Source: the human T2T-CHM13v2.0 reference genome, Homo sapiens. From it: a stretch of DNA of 64,000 nucleotides. Below, piece after piece: positions 11,660-28,715 of the stretch (its first letter is position 1; every line of letters begins with the position of its first letter). The position numbers and the translations under genes were made by a program. The DNA is taken from assembly GCF_009914755.1 (NCBI RefSeq), contig NC_060943.1; one strand, given 5' to 3'. The notes under the pieces were generated by a model. That model was not told the DNA's origin. It ran no database searches and saw nothing but the letters and a program-made list of their open reading frames with translations.

Positions 11660-12150
11660 TACCAGTGTTCTCTCTGAAAACACAGAGCTGCTCATATTAC
11701 AGCCCTGCTGCAAAACATTTGATGGCTCATAACACCCTACAGAGCTGAGCCCCCATCATAATTCTAAGCAATCATTCATGTTTCCAACATCTCTTATCGT
11801 CTCATCTCCACACGACCCTCCCAAACTATATTCTTTTCTCACACTCCACTTGTCCTACCCTGTCATCAAATAAGCCTCATATTTTTCTACTTCAAATCCT
11901 GTACTTAAACTGCTTTTTTTGGTTTAAATGTATATTTCTCCTTTTCCACATTCTTCTCCTCCACATGGAAAAGCTGCACATGTGAGAGTATCACCTTTTC
12001 TTTCCACTGCAGCTTCTCACTTGCCAGTTCTCCACTTCTTCTTGCTGATTGTAAGGCACTGGTGAATTTTAGAACTGGAATCATATTATATCCATCTTTG
12101 CAGTTCTAGAGCCTGGTACCAGGTGTAGATGTCAAGAAATGGTTCCCAAT
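11660..12150 (+). mobile_element. Highly diverged L2 fragment
   Basis: Weak resemblance to the L2 3' region. Confidence 0.4.
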
Positions 12151-13465
12151 GCAAGCTTGCTGATAGTGATCTTCAACAGATGAGAAAAGAAAGGAGCCAG
12201 AATGCTAGTCTACTAATCCATATTGCTTTCCACTATTATTTTGCTGAAACTCTCCCAATGTCATAAGAAAAATAACAATGAAAATAATAATAATAGTAGT
12301 AAATACAGAAGATAATTCAGTGAAAATTGAGCTGGTAGCATGCATGACTTCAATTCTCTATTTATTACTAGTTTCAAAATAGTCCTTATCCACAAATAGA
12401 AGAAAACAGACCCTTAAGTGTCTACCACAATGCAAGACCTGCCAATTTCATAACTTGCTCAGGCACACTTATAAAAGAAACTAGACACACTGGTGACCCC
12501 ATCTCAAACACACTCAAAGGAGACAGAAGGTCTTCCTCTCACTGTCCTCCAGTACATGTTGCTCCTCCTGCTTAAAAAGCAATACAACAAAGAAATAATA
12601 CCTTCCAGAGGCTATCACATTTGATCTTGGAAAAATTTTTAGATTAGTAATCAAGTCAATTCAACTGTTGCCCTTACTTCACTCATATCACATGTTATGA
12701 ACCACTTCGGATCACCCCAGTGCAAATTCTGAGGCAAAACCTTGATTTTCTATGTTATGTAAAATAACAATAGACCTGTCCTCAAGGCATTGGCCCTACC
12801 CAAAGCAAAATTAAATTTCCCAAACACTTATGAGTTTACAGTTTCAAATCTCTTCAAAAGTAGGTTTCATATAAGTCCTTGAACAGGGTTCAGCACTTTC
12901 AGTGAGATTAAAGTGGGTGTCCACAAGAGATAAGAGAGCCCCCCCACTACCCACCACACAGAGGACCAACAGAATTGTAGAATCCATGCCCACCATTTTT
13001 CACTTCTAGCATATCTCCCCCCATGTGAAAGACCACCTCCCTTCCACATACTATCCTTTCCAATGAGAACATGTTAAAAATTTCATCCTTGGCAGGATTT
13101 TTTCAGGGTTCTACTGTACTTTTCCACCGGGCCTCAGTCTACCAGCGTTCTGCTTTAGTGTCTTGTTGAACTCCCCCTTTTTAAGGGCAAACAAATCCCC
13201 GTCAGTCAGTTCACGTACTAACATGACCTCTGCAAGCCCCTCACTCCACAAAACACCAATCTCCATTCCTGACCATCACAGAAGGGAAGGTCTAACTTTT
13301 GTGGTCAAATATTAGCTAAAATGAGCTGTTGAATAGCTAAGCTGTAATTTATTTCTGGAAACCAGAACCCTGAGTTGACACACTTATATTCTTCCCTTGG
13401 TTTGACCATCTTTTCCCTTGATGTGCCTAATAGGGAGAACTCTGCACACAGGAGGTTTTCAGTTA

Positions 13466-14328
<863 letters not shown>

Positions 14329-14433
14329 CAGTCCTGGGGACAAACTTAACAGTTTGAGTTCTAATAGCTGGCTACCTCTCTGGGTCTCTATTCCCTCATC
14401 TTAATCTTCAGGATAATAATTACATCTACATCT

Positions 14434-14552
14434 CTTTTTCTTTCTTTCTTTCTTTTTTTTTTGTTTGTTTGTTTTTTTGAGATGGAGTTTTGCTCTGTTG
14501 TCAGGCTGGAGTGCAATGGCACAAACTTGGTTCACTGCAGCCTCCACCTCCC
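14434..14552 (-). mobile_element. Alu 3' fragment
   Basis: T-rich tail followed by gagatggagttttgctctg. Confidence 0.8.
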
Positions 14553-14837
14553 AATGAATAAAAAAGATAATGTGTAAAAAATAATTAGGATCCTGGTAGC
14601 TAGTGCTCAATAACTGTTAGATCTTAAGACTTCTGCTTCTACTGCTATCATGATGAGTGTGTTTGGCTTAACAGGTCTAGCGCAGGTAGAAGAGAAATAG
14701 AAACACTTAACCCCTGGTTTATCTGATTTAATGCAAATACAAGCAAACTTGGCTAAGAAATGCTTTTCACCAAAGTTTGTCTGCAATTTGAATGCTTTAG
14801 ATTAAACTTAGAAGAGTATTTAAAAGTATTCTAGACA

Positions 14838-15137
14838 GGCCAACAGCAGTGGCACCCACCTGTAATCTCAGCACATTGGGAGGCTAAGGAGGGTGGATCA
14901 CCTAAGGTCAAGAGTTCAAGACCAGCCTGGCCAACATGGTGAAACCCTATCTCTGCTACAAATACAACAATTAGCCAGGCATCATGATAGGCACCTATAA
15001 TCCCAGCTAGTGGGGAGGCTGAGGCAAGAGAATCGCTTGAACTCAGGAGGTGGGTGTTGCAGTGAGCTAAGATCACACCACTGTACTCCAGTCTGGGAGA
15101 CAAGAGTGAGATTCCAACTCAAAAAAAAAAAAAAAAA
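14838..15137 (+). mobile_element. Alu (AluS-like)
   Basis: Dimeric Alu, A-tail, TSD core tctagaca. Confidence 0.9.
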
Positions 15138-18100
15138 GGCACTCTAGACAGATTCATTTGTAATATAAGCATGTCATAGTTTCTGGTGTATAGGACTTGA
15201 TTTCTGTTTATTTAGTTTTCTGAAGAAACACAAGAGACAGCCCCTAGCTACTACAAAACTTCCTAGAGACAAGCTGGACATATGAGCCCTTACAAAATTC
15301 CATTTACTGTAAAGATAATAATGAAATAATCTCTAAACATAAGAATTTGACTAGTGTTAACCACTCCACTTCCCCAATACACTGACGTTTATATCTTTTT
15401 CTTATCATAATACAAAACAAACACATGACCACACACCATCTGCTCTCCAGTGCAGAACAGAATAACAGAGGCACAAAGCAAGCTTCAGAACACACAGACC
15501 ACCATGTTCACCACATCTACATCTGGGGCTGCTTAAGAAAAGGAGCAAAATCAATGAGAAACTGAGAAGATGGGTGACTACCCTGTTTTCAGCACTTATT
15601 GTCACAAGAAGACCGAACATGCACACACACTCTCTCATTCCAAGGCAGAGCATCCATTTTCCTGCCGAAAAAGTAATTTGACAGCATAGATCCCTATCTC
15701 ACATTCTGAGCAAGATGACACTGGCTTTGGGCATGCAAAGAATGGGCATATTACAGACACCCTTAAGACACAACGCATGGCCTGCCTTACCTGATACAAT
15801 TTTTAATTTCTCTGAAGTAAACTCAAATTACTTCTTAAGTAAACTCAAATTTCAAACATGTATTTCTTTATTAACATTCCATTAATTTCCTCATGGGCTT
15901 CACAGGAAATATATTCTACTTTCATTCACTTAATCTCACCATAATAGATGGTCTAAAATATCCAGAAGACAGCCATATGTAAGACATACCCATACCCCAA
16001 AGCATAGAAAATGTAACACACAAAGGCCTTGAGGAAGCAACACTATAACAGTGCAAATACACAAATATTTAAGGAAGAATACATCACCCAACAGACAGCA
16101 TACATGGTCAACACTATCCAGGACTCTCCATAATAAGTAGCTATGAATTGCTTATTCAAAAGTTGGCTTATATATATTCATCACCACAAATTAGTTCTGA
16201 ACATACTGATTTTAATTTTGGATATTCACAAGGTAATTATCTGGTAAAATATTTTTATAACTAATTTGTAATTAGACTACTAAATGCACGCATATGCTTA
16301 GGTCACAGTGAGGCAAAAATCTGAGTTATTTGTAGAGTAAATTAAGATTTAAATTTTTAAATATTAATTAATTTTTAAATTTTCAAAGAATGCTGTCATG
16401 CAGGCCTGCACTAAGTCAAGCAGATGACTGACAACCACCCTCTTCTCCCTGTCTCCTTTACACAATAAATGTGAAGGGCTCTAGAAGCTCAGGCCCTTCT
16501 TCACCAGAAGCAAGGAGCCCTCTGACCTATTCTTCCAAACATACTCTTTTGTCTTTGTCTTTATTCCTGCATTTATCCTCCTTTGTTCAGTCCACCAGGG
16601 TCAGTGGCAAAGTGGTGTCATGAATAGGAACTTCAAGGAAGTGAACGAGGAAGATCTGCTGGAGCACAGGAAGTGAAATAGACAAGATGAATGGGGACCC
16701 CAGGACAAATATGCTGGCAGTGGATATAAGGTCAGTGCTGTAAAAAAGTACTGGGAATGGGAAGTTTCTGAATGACGGTACCATGGGGCAGCATTTGTCT
16801 GTTGAAGAAAAACATTATGTGCAGTTGCCTAAAGTTGTGTTGAAACAGTCTGGATCTCAAGTTAATTCACAGACATTAGCTAAACTTCTGCAGGAGGTTA
16901 TTACACATAACCCATTGTTTCCACAGGCAGGCCCTCTTGATGTGGAAAATTGGGACACAGTAGGAGAGGGATTGAAATGGGCTCATCAAAAAGTCTCAAA
17001 GTAGACCCTTCTGTTTTTTCTGCTTGGGGTTTGGTTCACATGGTCCTACTGCTGCTGTCTCTTTATTCTGCCAGACAACAGAAGTCAGTTTCTGAGTCTC
17101 AAGAATTAAAAAACTCATTTGTTCCTCCAACAGTGCATATTGAAAATAATGAGCAGGAGAAAGGGGGAGAATTGGCCATTTGCTAAGCAGAAAAAAAGAG
17201 AGGAGAATTGGCCTCTGCCACCCCCTCCAATAACAGAAGTAGAAACCCCCACACAACAAATTTTGCATGCTGTTGCTATGGCAAGGGAACTTTTGGGACC
17301 TTATGCTTTTCCTATTACCATAAGGCTTGATCTGAATGATCCACCACATTTTTGACATGAACACACTCTTGTAGAGTTTAAATTACTAAAAGAATTAAAA
17401 ACTGGTGTGGTTAATAATGGAGTGCAAAGCCCATTCACTATAGGGCTGTTAGAATCGGTGTTCAGAGCCATGTGCCTTCCACCTTTTGATGAAAAACCTT
17501 TGGCTTGCACTTGCTTATCCACCAGTGCATATCTGACATGGAGTTTAAATTGGCAAGAAATGTGTGCAGACCAGGCTAGGCAGAATCGCACCGCTCTTCA
17601 AGGAAACACTACAGAGGAAATGTTGATGAGCTGTGGCCCCTTTTCAGATCTGGTACAACAATTAACACTCCCATCAGAGAGGCCACTTACCACCAGTCTT
17701 CCTTAGCCACCAAGCATGTTTGGAGCACAATTCCTGAAGAGGGAGTTACAGTGCAGTCTTTTCTACATGTCACACAGGGATCACAGGAGCCTTATGCACA
17801 ATTTATCGCATGTCTGCAAGATGCAGTGCAGCTTCAGATCACTCATGCCTCTGCTGCAGAAATGCTTACCATAGCTCTAGCCTATGAAATGCAAATGCAG
17901 ATTGCAAGCATGCTCAAGCAATGGCTAGTTTAATAGTTGACAAATCTAAAAGGAGCCAAGGATCAAACCCTAAAGTGGGAGAATGTTATAATTATGGAAA
18001 AACTGGACATTTTAAAAAGGAATGCCACCCCAGACCTCAGGACAAAAAGGATCTTACAATGTGGTGCCCCCCCCCCGCCCAGTGGAAATAATGCCAGGAC

Positions 18101-19103
18101 TCTGTCCTCTCTGTAACAAAGGAAATCATTGGGCTCACCGATGCCACTCAAAATTTCATCAGAATAGCACCCCCTGTCAGGAAATGAGAAGGAGGCCTGG
18201 ACCCAGGCCCCTCAAACCATGAGGGCATTCCCAGTTCAGACCACAACCCCACTTCAGGGGTGGGTCCCAGGAGGAATATTGATTGATTCCCTCTCCCCAG
18301 GAACACCAGGAAGTGCAGGATTAGATATCCCCACCAGAGATAGAATTACATTAGTTGGAGAAGACAAACCTTCCAAAGTTCCCACTGGCATTTGGGGACA
18401 TTTGCCAGCAGAATACATGGGACTAATTTTAGGCAAAAGCTGCCTTAACTTGCAAGGCATCACTGCAGTCCCCAGAGTAGTTGACTCTGGTTAAGGAGAA
18501 ATTCAAATAGCTTTAATGTCAAAAGATCTTTGTGTTTTTGAACCAGGGGAATATATAGCACAATTATTGCTTATCCCCTGCAAATTACACCCTTCTGCAT
18601 GAAAGGAGAAATGAGGAAATAAAGGGTTTGGGAGCACAACTACATGCAAAATCTATCTATTCCAACCCTTAGCCTCTAATAGACCCACCTGTTTCGTACA
18701 AATTAAAAAAAAATGTATGGGCTTATGGACACAGGAGCTGATGTGTCAGTAATATCCAGTAAGGATTGACCCCCATCCTGGCCCCTCAGACTAATCTCCT
18801 CATCCCTAGTGGGAGTAGGAGCAGCTCAAAGTGTTCAACGGAGTGCTGAGATTTTACCTTGTCTTGGTCCGGATGGACAATCATGTACTTTCCAGCCTTA
18901 TGTTGCAAATATAGCTATCAATTTATGGGGTCGAGACTTACTTATAGCATTGGATATGAGACTTACAAATGAAAACTTTAATAACCTAGGATTTAAAATG
19001 TCAAAGGACATGGGATATCAGAGTGGGAAAGGTTTAGGAAAATTCCTACAAGGAAACCCTAACCCAATATCAATAACTGGAAAGACAGACAAAAAAGGAC
19101 TGG

Positions 19104-19501
<398 letters not shown>

Positions 19502-22357
19502 TCAATGGCCCCTAACACAGGAGAAGCTAGCTCAACTTCATCTGTTGGCGAAAGAATAATTGGATGCAGGACATTTAGAGGAGTCAGTTCCCGGAATTCA
19601 CCGATGTTTGTTATCCTAAAAATAGTCCAGAAGATGGCGACTGCTGCATGACTTGAGAGCTATTAGTGCACAAATTAAACCAATGGGTGCATTACAGCAG
19701 GGCTTGCCATCCCCAGCAGCCATTCCTAAAAACTGGCCTCTTGTAGTAATAGATCTTAAAGATTTTTTCTTTACTATACCATTACATGAGAAGGATAAGC
19801 CTCGATTTGCCTTCTCTGTGCCTTCTATTAATCAGAGACATGCTACAAGCCAAATGGGTGAGACATCCGGTCATGTATGGTGACATTGTCTGTCGCCATT
19901 TGCTCATATGGAGATTTCTAAACAATTAAAAACTGACAATAGACCTGCTTATACTAGTCATGCTTTTCAAACTTTCCTACAGCTTTGGGCTATGACCCAT
20001 AAAACAGGAATTCCTTACATTATAGACCAGGCACATCAAACGTTACAACGCATGTTGAGAAAACAAAAAAAAAGGGTGATTGGACACCAGCCACCACCTC
20101 AAACAAAACTAAGTTTATCTTTATTTACTTTAAATTTTTTGACTCCTTGTATGAATGGTAAGACTGCAGCAGAAAGACATTGGCAAGTGTTAGAGGAAAT
20201 TAGGAAAGTTTATCTGAAATTACTATGGAAATCCCTGGAAGAAGGACAATGGAAAGGTATGGTGGATTTACTGCTGTGGGGACAAGGGTATGCTTATGTT
20301 TTTACAGCAGATGGATAAACCATGTGGGTGCCCTCAAGGTGCGTGCAACCATGGAATGGAAGACTGGAGGAACCCATGGTGGCCAACCATGGGCCCGGTC
20401 CCTCTGGTATGGGCCATGAGCCAGCTGAGCCTGAGTGCAAAAATGGACAGAAGGCGAACTGGAGTCATGATGACATCAACCCCTATAACCTGGGGGACAC
20501 TCGAGAAAACCATGCAGGAAGCTGAGAAACTACTGGAGCGTCAAGGCCAGAAAAAACCCCTGATTCCATGTTCTTGGCCATGTTAGCTATAATGCCCTGT
20601 GTGGTAGGTTTTCCCTTGCAGAGTCAAAAACATATTGGGCATAGGTTCCCAATCCTCCAGCAGTACAACCTGTACTTTGGAGTGACACTCCTCCTGAGAT
20701 CTATCGTGATCAGGGAGCATGGGCTCCAGGACCCCTATGTCCGGCTCCCCCGGACATAGAATAGTTAGACTCTCAGAACAATGTCGTCAATTATACTACC
20801 CCACTGGAAGGACTCCCCTTGTGTATCACTACAAAGATGTCGCTCAACCATAGCTGTCTTACAACTGAAGCTCAAGCATGGTTGAGTCACCTTGGAAAAG
20901 TTATGTACTTAATAGGTCTTGGTTCTATTTATGTAACTGGTGTGCTAACCAACCATGCCCGGCCCAATTGCCCCAACTGTGCTGACTATATGGAATGGAT
21001 TCCCTTCAATAGTTCTGACCTCTCTCCATTGACCCAGTGTCTTGGCCCACTGGGTAGAAAAGAATCTGTGTTAACTGGAGACATTGTGGATTGGGGAACT
21101 AAAGGTCAACTAGATGGAAAAGAGGAAAATCAGAAATCATGACACAAACTTCACTGCCATTGGTGGCAAGCTTTGAATACTCCTTCTTTATACCACACCG
21201 GGATCCAATCCCAGTCTGCCACCTGGATTGCTTGGCATGGAGCAGGCTTTAGCACACCTCTTCCTCAGTGGCATTATCTAGGGAGGAAAGGTCCAATTCA
21301 AGAAACAATATGGAAAGCAGCACTGCTGTTCACAAACGGTAGTATCCGGGTAGGAACACTCTCTAATACCAGTACTGCTACTCAACACAGTCTTAATGTT
21401 ACATTTGTAAAGAATATCACCACTCAATTTATGGTTTGTGGTTTTAATCCTTATGTCTTTTTGGCAGCTAAGGCGGACCAGCTCCAGGTAAGCAATACTC
21501 AATTGACCTTAAATCTTGCTGGTTATATCACTGCATTAATCATAGCACATTGCAAACATGTAATATCTCTACTTTGATATCTGGGTCACATTCCTGGGCT
21601 ATGGATTCTCATTAATCTGTCTGAGCCTTGTGATGCCACCCCTGTTTGGCACTTTGTGAAACTTCTTCTAACTAAACTTACTCATCATGCCTGTAGAGCC
21701 TCAGGCATCATAATTTTTGCTATTGTTTCTTTGGTCACACTAATCACTTCTGCTGTAATGTCCTCTGTAGCTTTGCATAGTTCTGTTCAAATGGCTCAGT
21801 ATGTAGAGGACTGGAAGCATGCAGCCAACTAAGCATGGCTACTTCAGTGTAAAATTAACACTGAGTTACAAACTGAAGTGGTAATGTTAAAATCCATGGT
21901 TCTGTGGTTAGGGGAACAAGTACAAAGCTTACAGTTGCAACAGCAATTGCACTGTCATTTTAATCACACTCATATTTGTGTAACCAACTTAGAATATAAC
22001 CAAAGAGTATCCATGGGACCTTGTAAAAGCCCATTTGCAGGGAGCTTCCACATCCAACATCACCTTTGACATAGGTGAATTACAAAAAAAAAGTTCTTGA
22101 TTTAAATAAGCAAACTCAAGAGTTTCAGCCTTCTTTAGAAGCCTGGACTGAATTCCAGCAAGGCCTGGAGAGCCTCAATCCTTGGAACTATCTAAAGTAC
22201 CACATTAACATCTCATATATAGTTCTGGGAATAATGTTGTTCTGTCTCTGTTTCCTGCTCATAGCCTGTAAAATCAGATGGATTGCCAATCAGAAAATAA
22301 AGCTGCCCAACCTGGCCTTACATTCATTCAATTAATGCAAAAACAGAAAGGGAGAGA

Positions 22358-22787
22358 TGTTGGGATCCAGAAGCCTGAGGATTGTGACCAACACAGCATT
22401 CCACTGGAAGCTATATGATCAAAGAGCAAACTGTTTATCATGAATGCAGAATGTGGGCAAACTCACATCTGCACCTGACACTGGAAGGTATGCTAAGGGG
22501 AGCCACTCCCTGGTGCTGTGCTCCTTGAGATTATCTACTGGGACATCTGGAGCCTACTGTTTAAAGAATGCTGTCATACAGGCCTACACTAAGTCAAGCA
22601 GCTGACTGACAATCAGCCCCTTCTCCCTATCTCCTTTACTCAATATATATAAAGGGCTCTAGAACTCAGGGCCCTTGTTCACTAGAAGCAAGGAGCCCCC
22701 TGACCCCTTCTTCCAAATAAACTTTTTTGTCTTTGTCTTTATTCCCACATTCATCTTCCTTTATTCAGGCCACCAGTGTACATGGCA
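22358..22787 (+). mobile_element. LTR3-family 3' LTR
   Basis: TG...CA ends after the PPT. The 3' half aligns to 16382-16609. Confidence 0.9.
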
Positions 22788-22794
22788 AAGTAAT

Positions 22795-23950
<1,156 letters not shown>

Positions 23951-25034
23951 AGAGGTAAGAAAAGCACCAGAATGCACAGGTCATTCTGCAAGAACAGAAC
24001 TCACTCCCAGGTATGGGACTGCAAAGGTCGCTGCAGAGAACAGGCATTGGGTAACTGGCAACTGACACCAATGGAATGCTTACAGTCTGTCCACAGATTT
24101 AAGATTTTTAAAACAACTATTCTCAAGTGTTGCAAATGTCTCTAAGGTAAGTGGGGGCCCAGAGCACTTTGGGGGCAACTGTCTGCTTACTGCAGGCAGC
24201 CCTTTCTTATCTGGAATTCAGTCTCCTCATCTTCCTGCCTTCTCCCTTGCATATCTCCTGCTTGTGTAATAGGGTGGAAAGTGGGAGGGCAGGACAAAGG
24301 TCAGACCAATAGCACTGGTTAGCTAAAAGATCACTCGTTTCATTCTACTAGACAGTTCTGGTCTGAGGCCTGGGTTCTCAGAACATAAAATTATCACTGT
24401 CTCCTTTATTGCATCCCTGTATTATCCCTATCCCTCTTAGCCAGGGCAGCTGGCTGACATCCACCCTCTCAAGAGGAGATGTATGGACAGAAGACCTGGC
24501 TCAGAAACACTGCTCTATGAAAAGGGCAGATAGTTATGTAAGAATTTTGCAAAAACTTGAGAAATTAAAATAAGGGAGACTATGAATGCAAAAACATTAA
24601 CTGTCAAGCAAGTAAGAGATAATTCAAAGAATTTTTTAAAAAGATGTAGTCCACATAACTTAAATCATGAGGAAGACTGGCAGATGACAGCATCAGAGTG
24701 GATTTCCTAAATAACTGAGGAGGTGACTGGGAAAACTGAGCCACCTACCAAAACAGCTTTACAGAGCCAATGCATCTCAATTGTTGTAAAAGAAGATGAG
24801 TTCTAGAACTCTTATTTACTATGGAGTTTTCAAATACATTGAACATCACTTAATGTTTTCCTCAATCCCAAGCTTCTTGTAAAACTTTGACCTTGCCAAC
24901 CATGGCACCTTAGAGGCAGATGAAAGCTTACCTATTTTATGGAATTTCAGATTTCTAAATATAGCACATGCAATACAGGGAATGCACCCAGTGTGCTTGT
25001 GGATGCAATAATGACCACTACTACACCTCTCAAG

Positions 25035-25160
25035 CAGGCTTTGTTGACTTCAGCTCTCCTGACATTTGGGGCTGTCCTATGCATTGTAATATGTGGAGCA
25101 GCATTTCTAGTGTCTGTACACTAAAAGCCAGTAGCACCCTTTCCCAAAGCAAGACACTAA
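25035..25160. mobile_element. MER20-like DNA transposon fragment
   Basis: ggggctgtcctatgcattgta..gcagcat..gccagtagcaccc. Confidence 0.55.
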
Positions 25161-25938
25161 AAATTTCAAAATTCTGGAAAGGAAATCCACAGTAGACACC
25201 CACAAAGCTTCCTGATCTCAAAATATACCACTTTATTCCATATGTAGGTTTTGAGTTTCTGAAACATTTGCTTTATGCTTACAACAATCCCATGAGGTAG
25301 AAAAGCTACTGACAAGATGCCTGTCATCATATTCATCAATGGCAATGCCACCAAAAGCTAAAGTTTCATTTTAAATTCCCTTATACCTTCAAATCAACTG
25401 AATTTATTTTGAAAAAAAATAATGGTCTTCTTTATTAAAAATAACAGCACACATATACAGAGGTAAATAAGCAGTATACATTTAAAACTACATTGTTTTG
25501 AGATCAAGCTGACTGTATAAAGCAGCTGTTCCATGGGGCTAAGCAATAGGAACTGTGGATCCTGAGCTTAATGTATTGCCAGCCCCTGGGTAGATCATAA
25601 AGCATCTATAACAGTAGTCAATATGCCCACCCAACCCTAATAGTTTTGCTCTGAGTAGAAATGTGAAATCTTTGCTGAGTGCTTTCAAAAAACAGGGTGA
25701 AAATAACTTAGTCCAAAAAGGTACACCAAAATAAACAAGGAATATTTTAAAGTAATTAAACCACCAGAAATATCAGACATTTTCTATAATCCTACCCCAT
25801 TGTCTCTGAGAAAAGGGAAAAAGAAAATACAAAGCAAGCTATCCAAAGACAAATACAGCTTTTAAAAGCTCTATCTAATTAACCCCACCAAAAATTTTTT
25901 TGGCTACCTAGTATATGCAGGCTCTGCACAATGTGGGA

Positions 25939-26437
25939 CAGTGGTCCCCAACCTTTTTGGCACCAGTGTCTGGTTTTGTGGAAGACAATCTTCCCACAGA
26001 TGTGGTGGGATAGTTTTCATTTGGGATGATTCAAGCACATTACACTTACTGTGCACTTTGTTTCTCTTATGATTACATTGTAATAGATAATGAAATAATT
26101 ATATAACTCACCATATTGTAGAATCAGTGAGAGCACTGGGATTGATTTCCTGCAACTAAATGTTCCCATCTGGGGGTGATGAGAGGCAGTGACAGATCCT
26201 AAGGCATTAGATTCTCATAAATAGTGTACAGCCTACATCCCTCACATGCACAGTTCACAATAGCAGTTGCACTCCTATGATAATCTAATGCTGCTGCTGA
26301 TCGGTAATGCAAGTGATGGGGAGTGGCCATGAATACTGATGAAGCTTTGCTAACCCACCATTCACCTCCTGCTGTACAGCCTGGTTTGTAACAGGACAGA
26401 CTGGTATCAGTCTGTGCTCTGGTGTTGAGGACCCCTG
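25939..26437. mobile_element. MER1A (hAT-Charlie) DNA transposon
   Basis: TIRs cagtggtccccaac / gttgaggacccctg, ~500 bp, degenerate 8-bp TSD. Confidence 0.85.
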
Positions 26438-26451
26438 ACGCAGGGCAACTA

Positions 26452-26725
26452 CATTTATTTATTTATTTATTTATTTATTTAGTGCAATGGTGCAATCTCA
26501 GCTCACTGCAAACTTCACCTCCTGGTTTCAAGCAATTGTCCAGCCTCAACCTTCCAAAATAGCTGGAATTACAGACACATGACACCACGTCCTGTTAATT
26601 TTGTATTTTTAGCAGAGGTGGAGTTTCACCATGTTGGTCAGGCTGGTCTCAAACTCAGGATCTCAGGTTATTCACCCACCTCAGCCTCCTAAAGTGCTGG
26701 GATTACAGGCATGAGCCACTGTGTT
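26452..26725 (-). mobile_element. AluS with (TTTA)n tail and a small internal deletion
   Basis: TSD caactacatttatt. Confidence 0.88.
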
Positions 26726-28141
26726 CTTCTGACAACTACATTTATTACCAGCCATTTATTACCAGGACACCTATGCTGTGCAGTGCCTGGCATACACCAG
26801 GTACTTAATAAACAGCTATTGATCTAATGCAGGACTAATAAGGTAAGGTGTATTTTTTCTCCTTCTACATGCTGTGCCTGTGTCAGATGCAAATAAGACC
26901 TCAGGAGTCTGCCTGAAGAGACTTAAAATAAAACTCTTTCATCAAGCAGTCACTTGGATGGTGTAACAAGTTACATATGAATGTGTCACCTGTAACAGCT
27001 TAGTGACATGCATGTTTACCATCACATAACAAACACATGTCTGCCATGCTCAGGGCTTAGAGTCTGAATTTCTAATGAGAAATAAAGTGGTACCTAGAAA
27101 ACCCCAGAAATGATACTCCATATATCCATAAGCATCAGTAGCATTTCCAAAAATTGTCCCACATCCAACAAATCCTTTAAAAACAAGATATGCTAACATG
27201 CATCCAGTTTAGCGGAATTTCTAAAAATGATAAACAGTGCAACTTCAAACACCTGAAATGGAGCACAAGACCCTTTTGAAGGAATTCATATCCATTCCTA
27301 CAAAAGTTCTGTGGACTCTTGAAGGTAGCACAGAACTAAGCATTTTTTGTGTGTTTCCAAAAGGTTTTAGCCTAGCCTTTGGCCTCTAACAGACTCTCTG
27401 ATTAAAATATGGCTTAGAAACTCTACCTGCCTACTTGAAAAAGCATCAAATCTGGAGAATGCTTTTCACGGGTGTGAAAAAATGAAAACAAAATCACATT
27501 CTTCTCTTTGCAATTCCCTTTCCCCCACCTTCCACTTCTATTAAATATACTTCAGCATCATTGTGCATAGGTGCAGGGACCATTACATATCTAAAAAAGG
27601 AAAAAACCCTCAAATATATGGGGATGCACTGGCAACTTTGCCTTTGCAGAAATCATTTTGTTTCCACCAGACAGAAGCGTCTCACTATTTTCAGCATTCT
27701 CATCTAACAGGCAAATTTTGTTTTTATTGACTTTGAAAGGGGTAAGCTTAAATCTAAACTCTTAAACAAGAACCAGCGTTCAATTTTCTGTTAATGAAAT
27801 TCCCAGACAGGTTTTTCAACCTACCAAATCATTATAGTTTTTATTCACCCTTCTCTCTCTCTTCACAACCACTAACATCACCACCCACAAAAGAAGAAGA
27901 CAATCCCTCCAGTGTTCCCCAAACGTGTGCTGCTGCTAGCTCAGAAGTTGTGTAGAGTTTTGTAATTGAGTGTGAACCGCTGGCCTGGATCTGGGCTCGT
28001 GAATCACATGCTCGATGCGCCTCTGCCCAGAAAATGCGCTGCTTCCCAGGGAAAGCGTCGGCTATGGGAAGGACCTCCCCTGCTCCTTAGCAAACATTAG
28101 GGTCGCAGTTTCCTAAGAGACACGAGTGGGAAATGGGGGAG

Positions 28142-28715
28142 TATTGGAGACCAGCCTCAACACCACCTGTGGGGTACCTGAAGTCTGGTGGTGACGAAGT
28201 AATGAGAAGAGACAAGTTAAGAGTGCAAAAGGATGGGGGCCAGGGGGCCAGTGCAATTCAGAGGCTGCAAAGGCGCTGATCTCTGGCCTCCACACTATTT
28301 ATTGAGTACAATCACTTAGATCTAAGAAGCAGATGTTCAGGGGTGAAATGGTGAAAGGGAGGTGGTGTGTCACACACCTAATCTATAGCAGTGGCGGTTT
28401 AGGTAAATTTTCTTTGTGCTGAAGCAGCATAAACTTAACTACTGATTTATTCTTTAACTTATCGGAGAGCAGCTGTGGGGGGTGGGCCTAACTAGGAGCT
28501 AGCAAGTATGGCCACATTCCAATGCTTCAAAGGAGTGTCTTTCTCCTTGAGCACAGTGTTTATAGATAAGAGAGCAGGTCACGCTCTTGTCATGGGAACA
28601 TGATGGTAATAAAGAGGCTTTCCTCCTCAGAGGCCTCCTGTGGCTTTCCACAACTTATAGTCCCATATTTTTATGGCCAGTTTATACAGGCACTCCATAA
28701 GCCTTTTTCCCAGCA
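28142..28715 (-). mobile_element. LTR14C (HERV-K14C / HML-9) solo LTR
   Basis: Perfect 6-bp TSD ggggag. Minus strand starts tgctgggaaaaaggcttatggagtgcctgtataaactggcc and ends gaggctggtctccaata. Confidence 0.85.
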
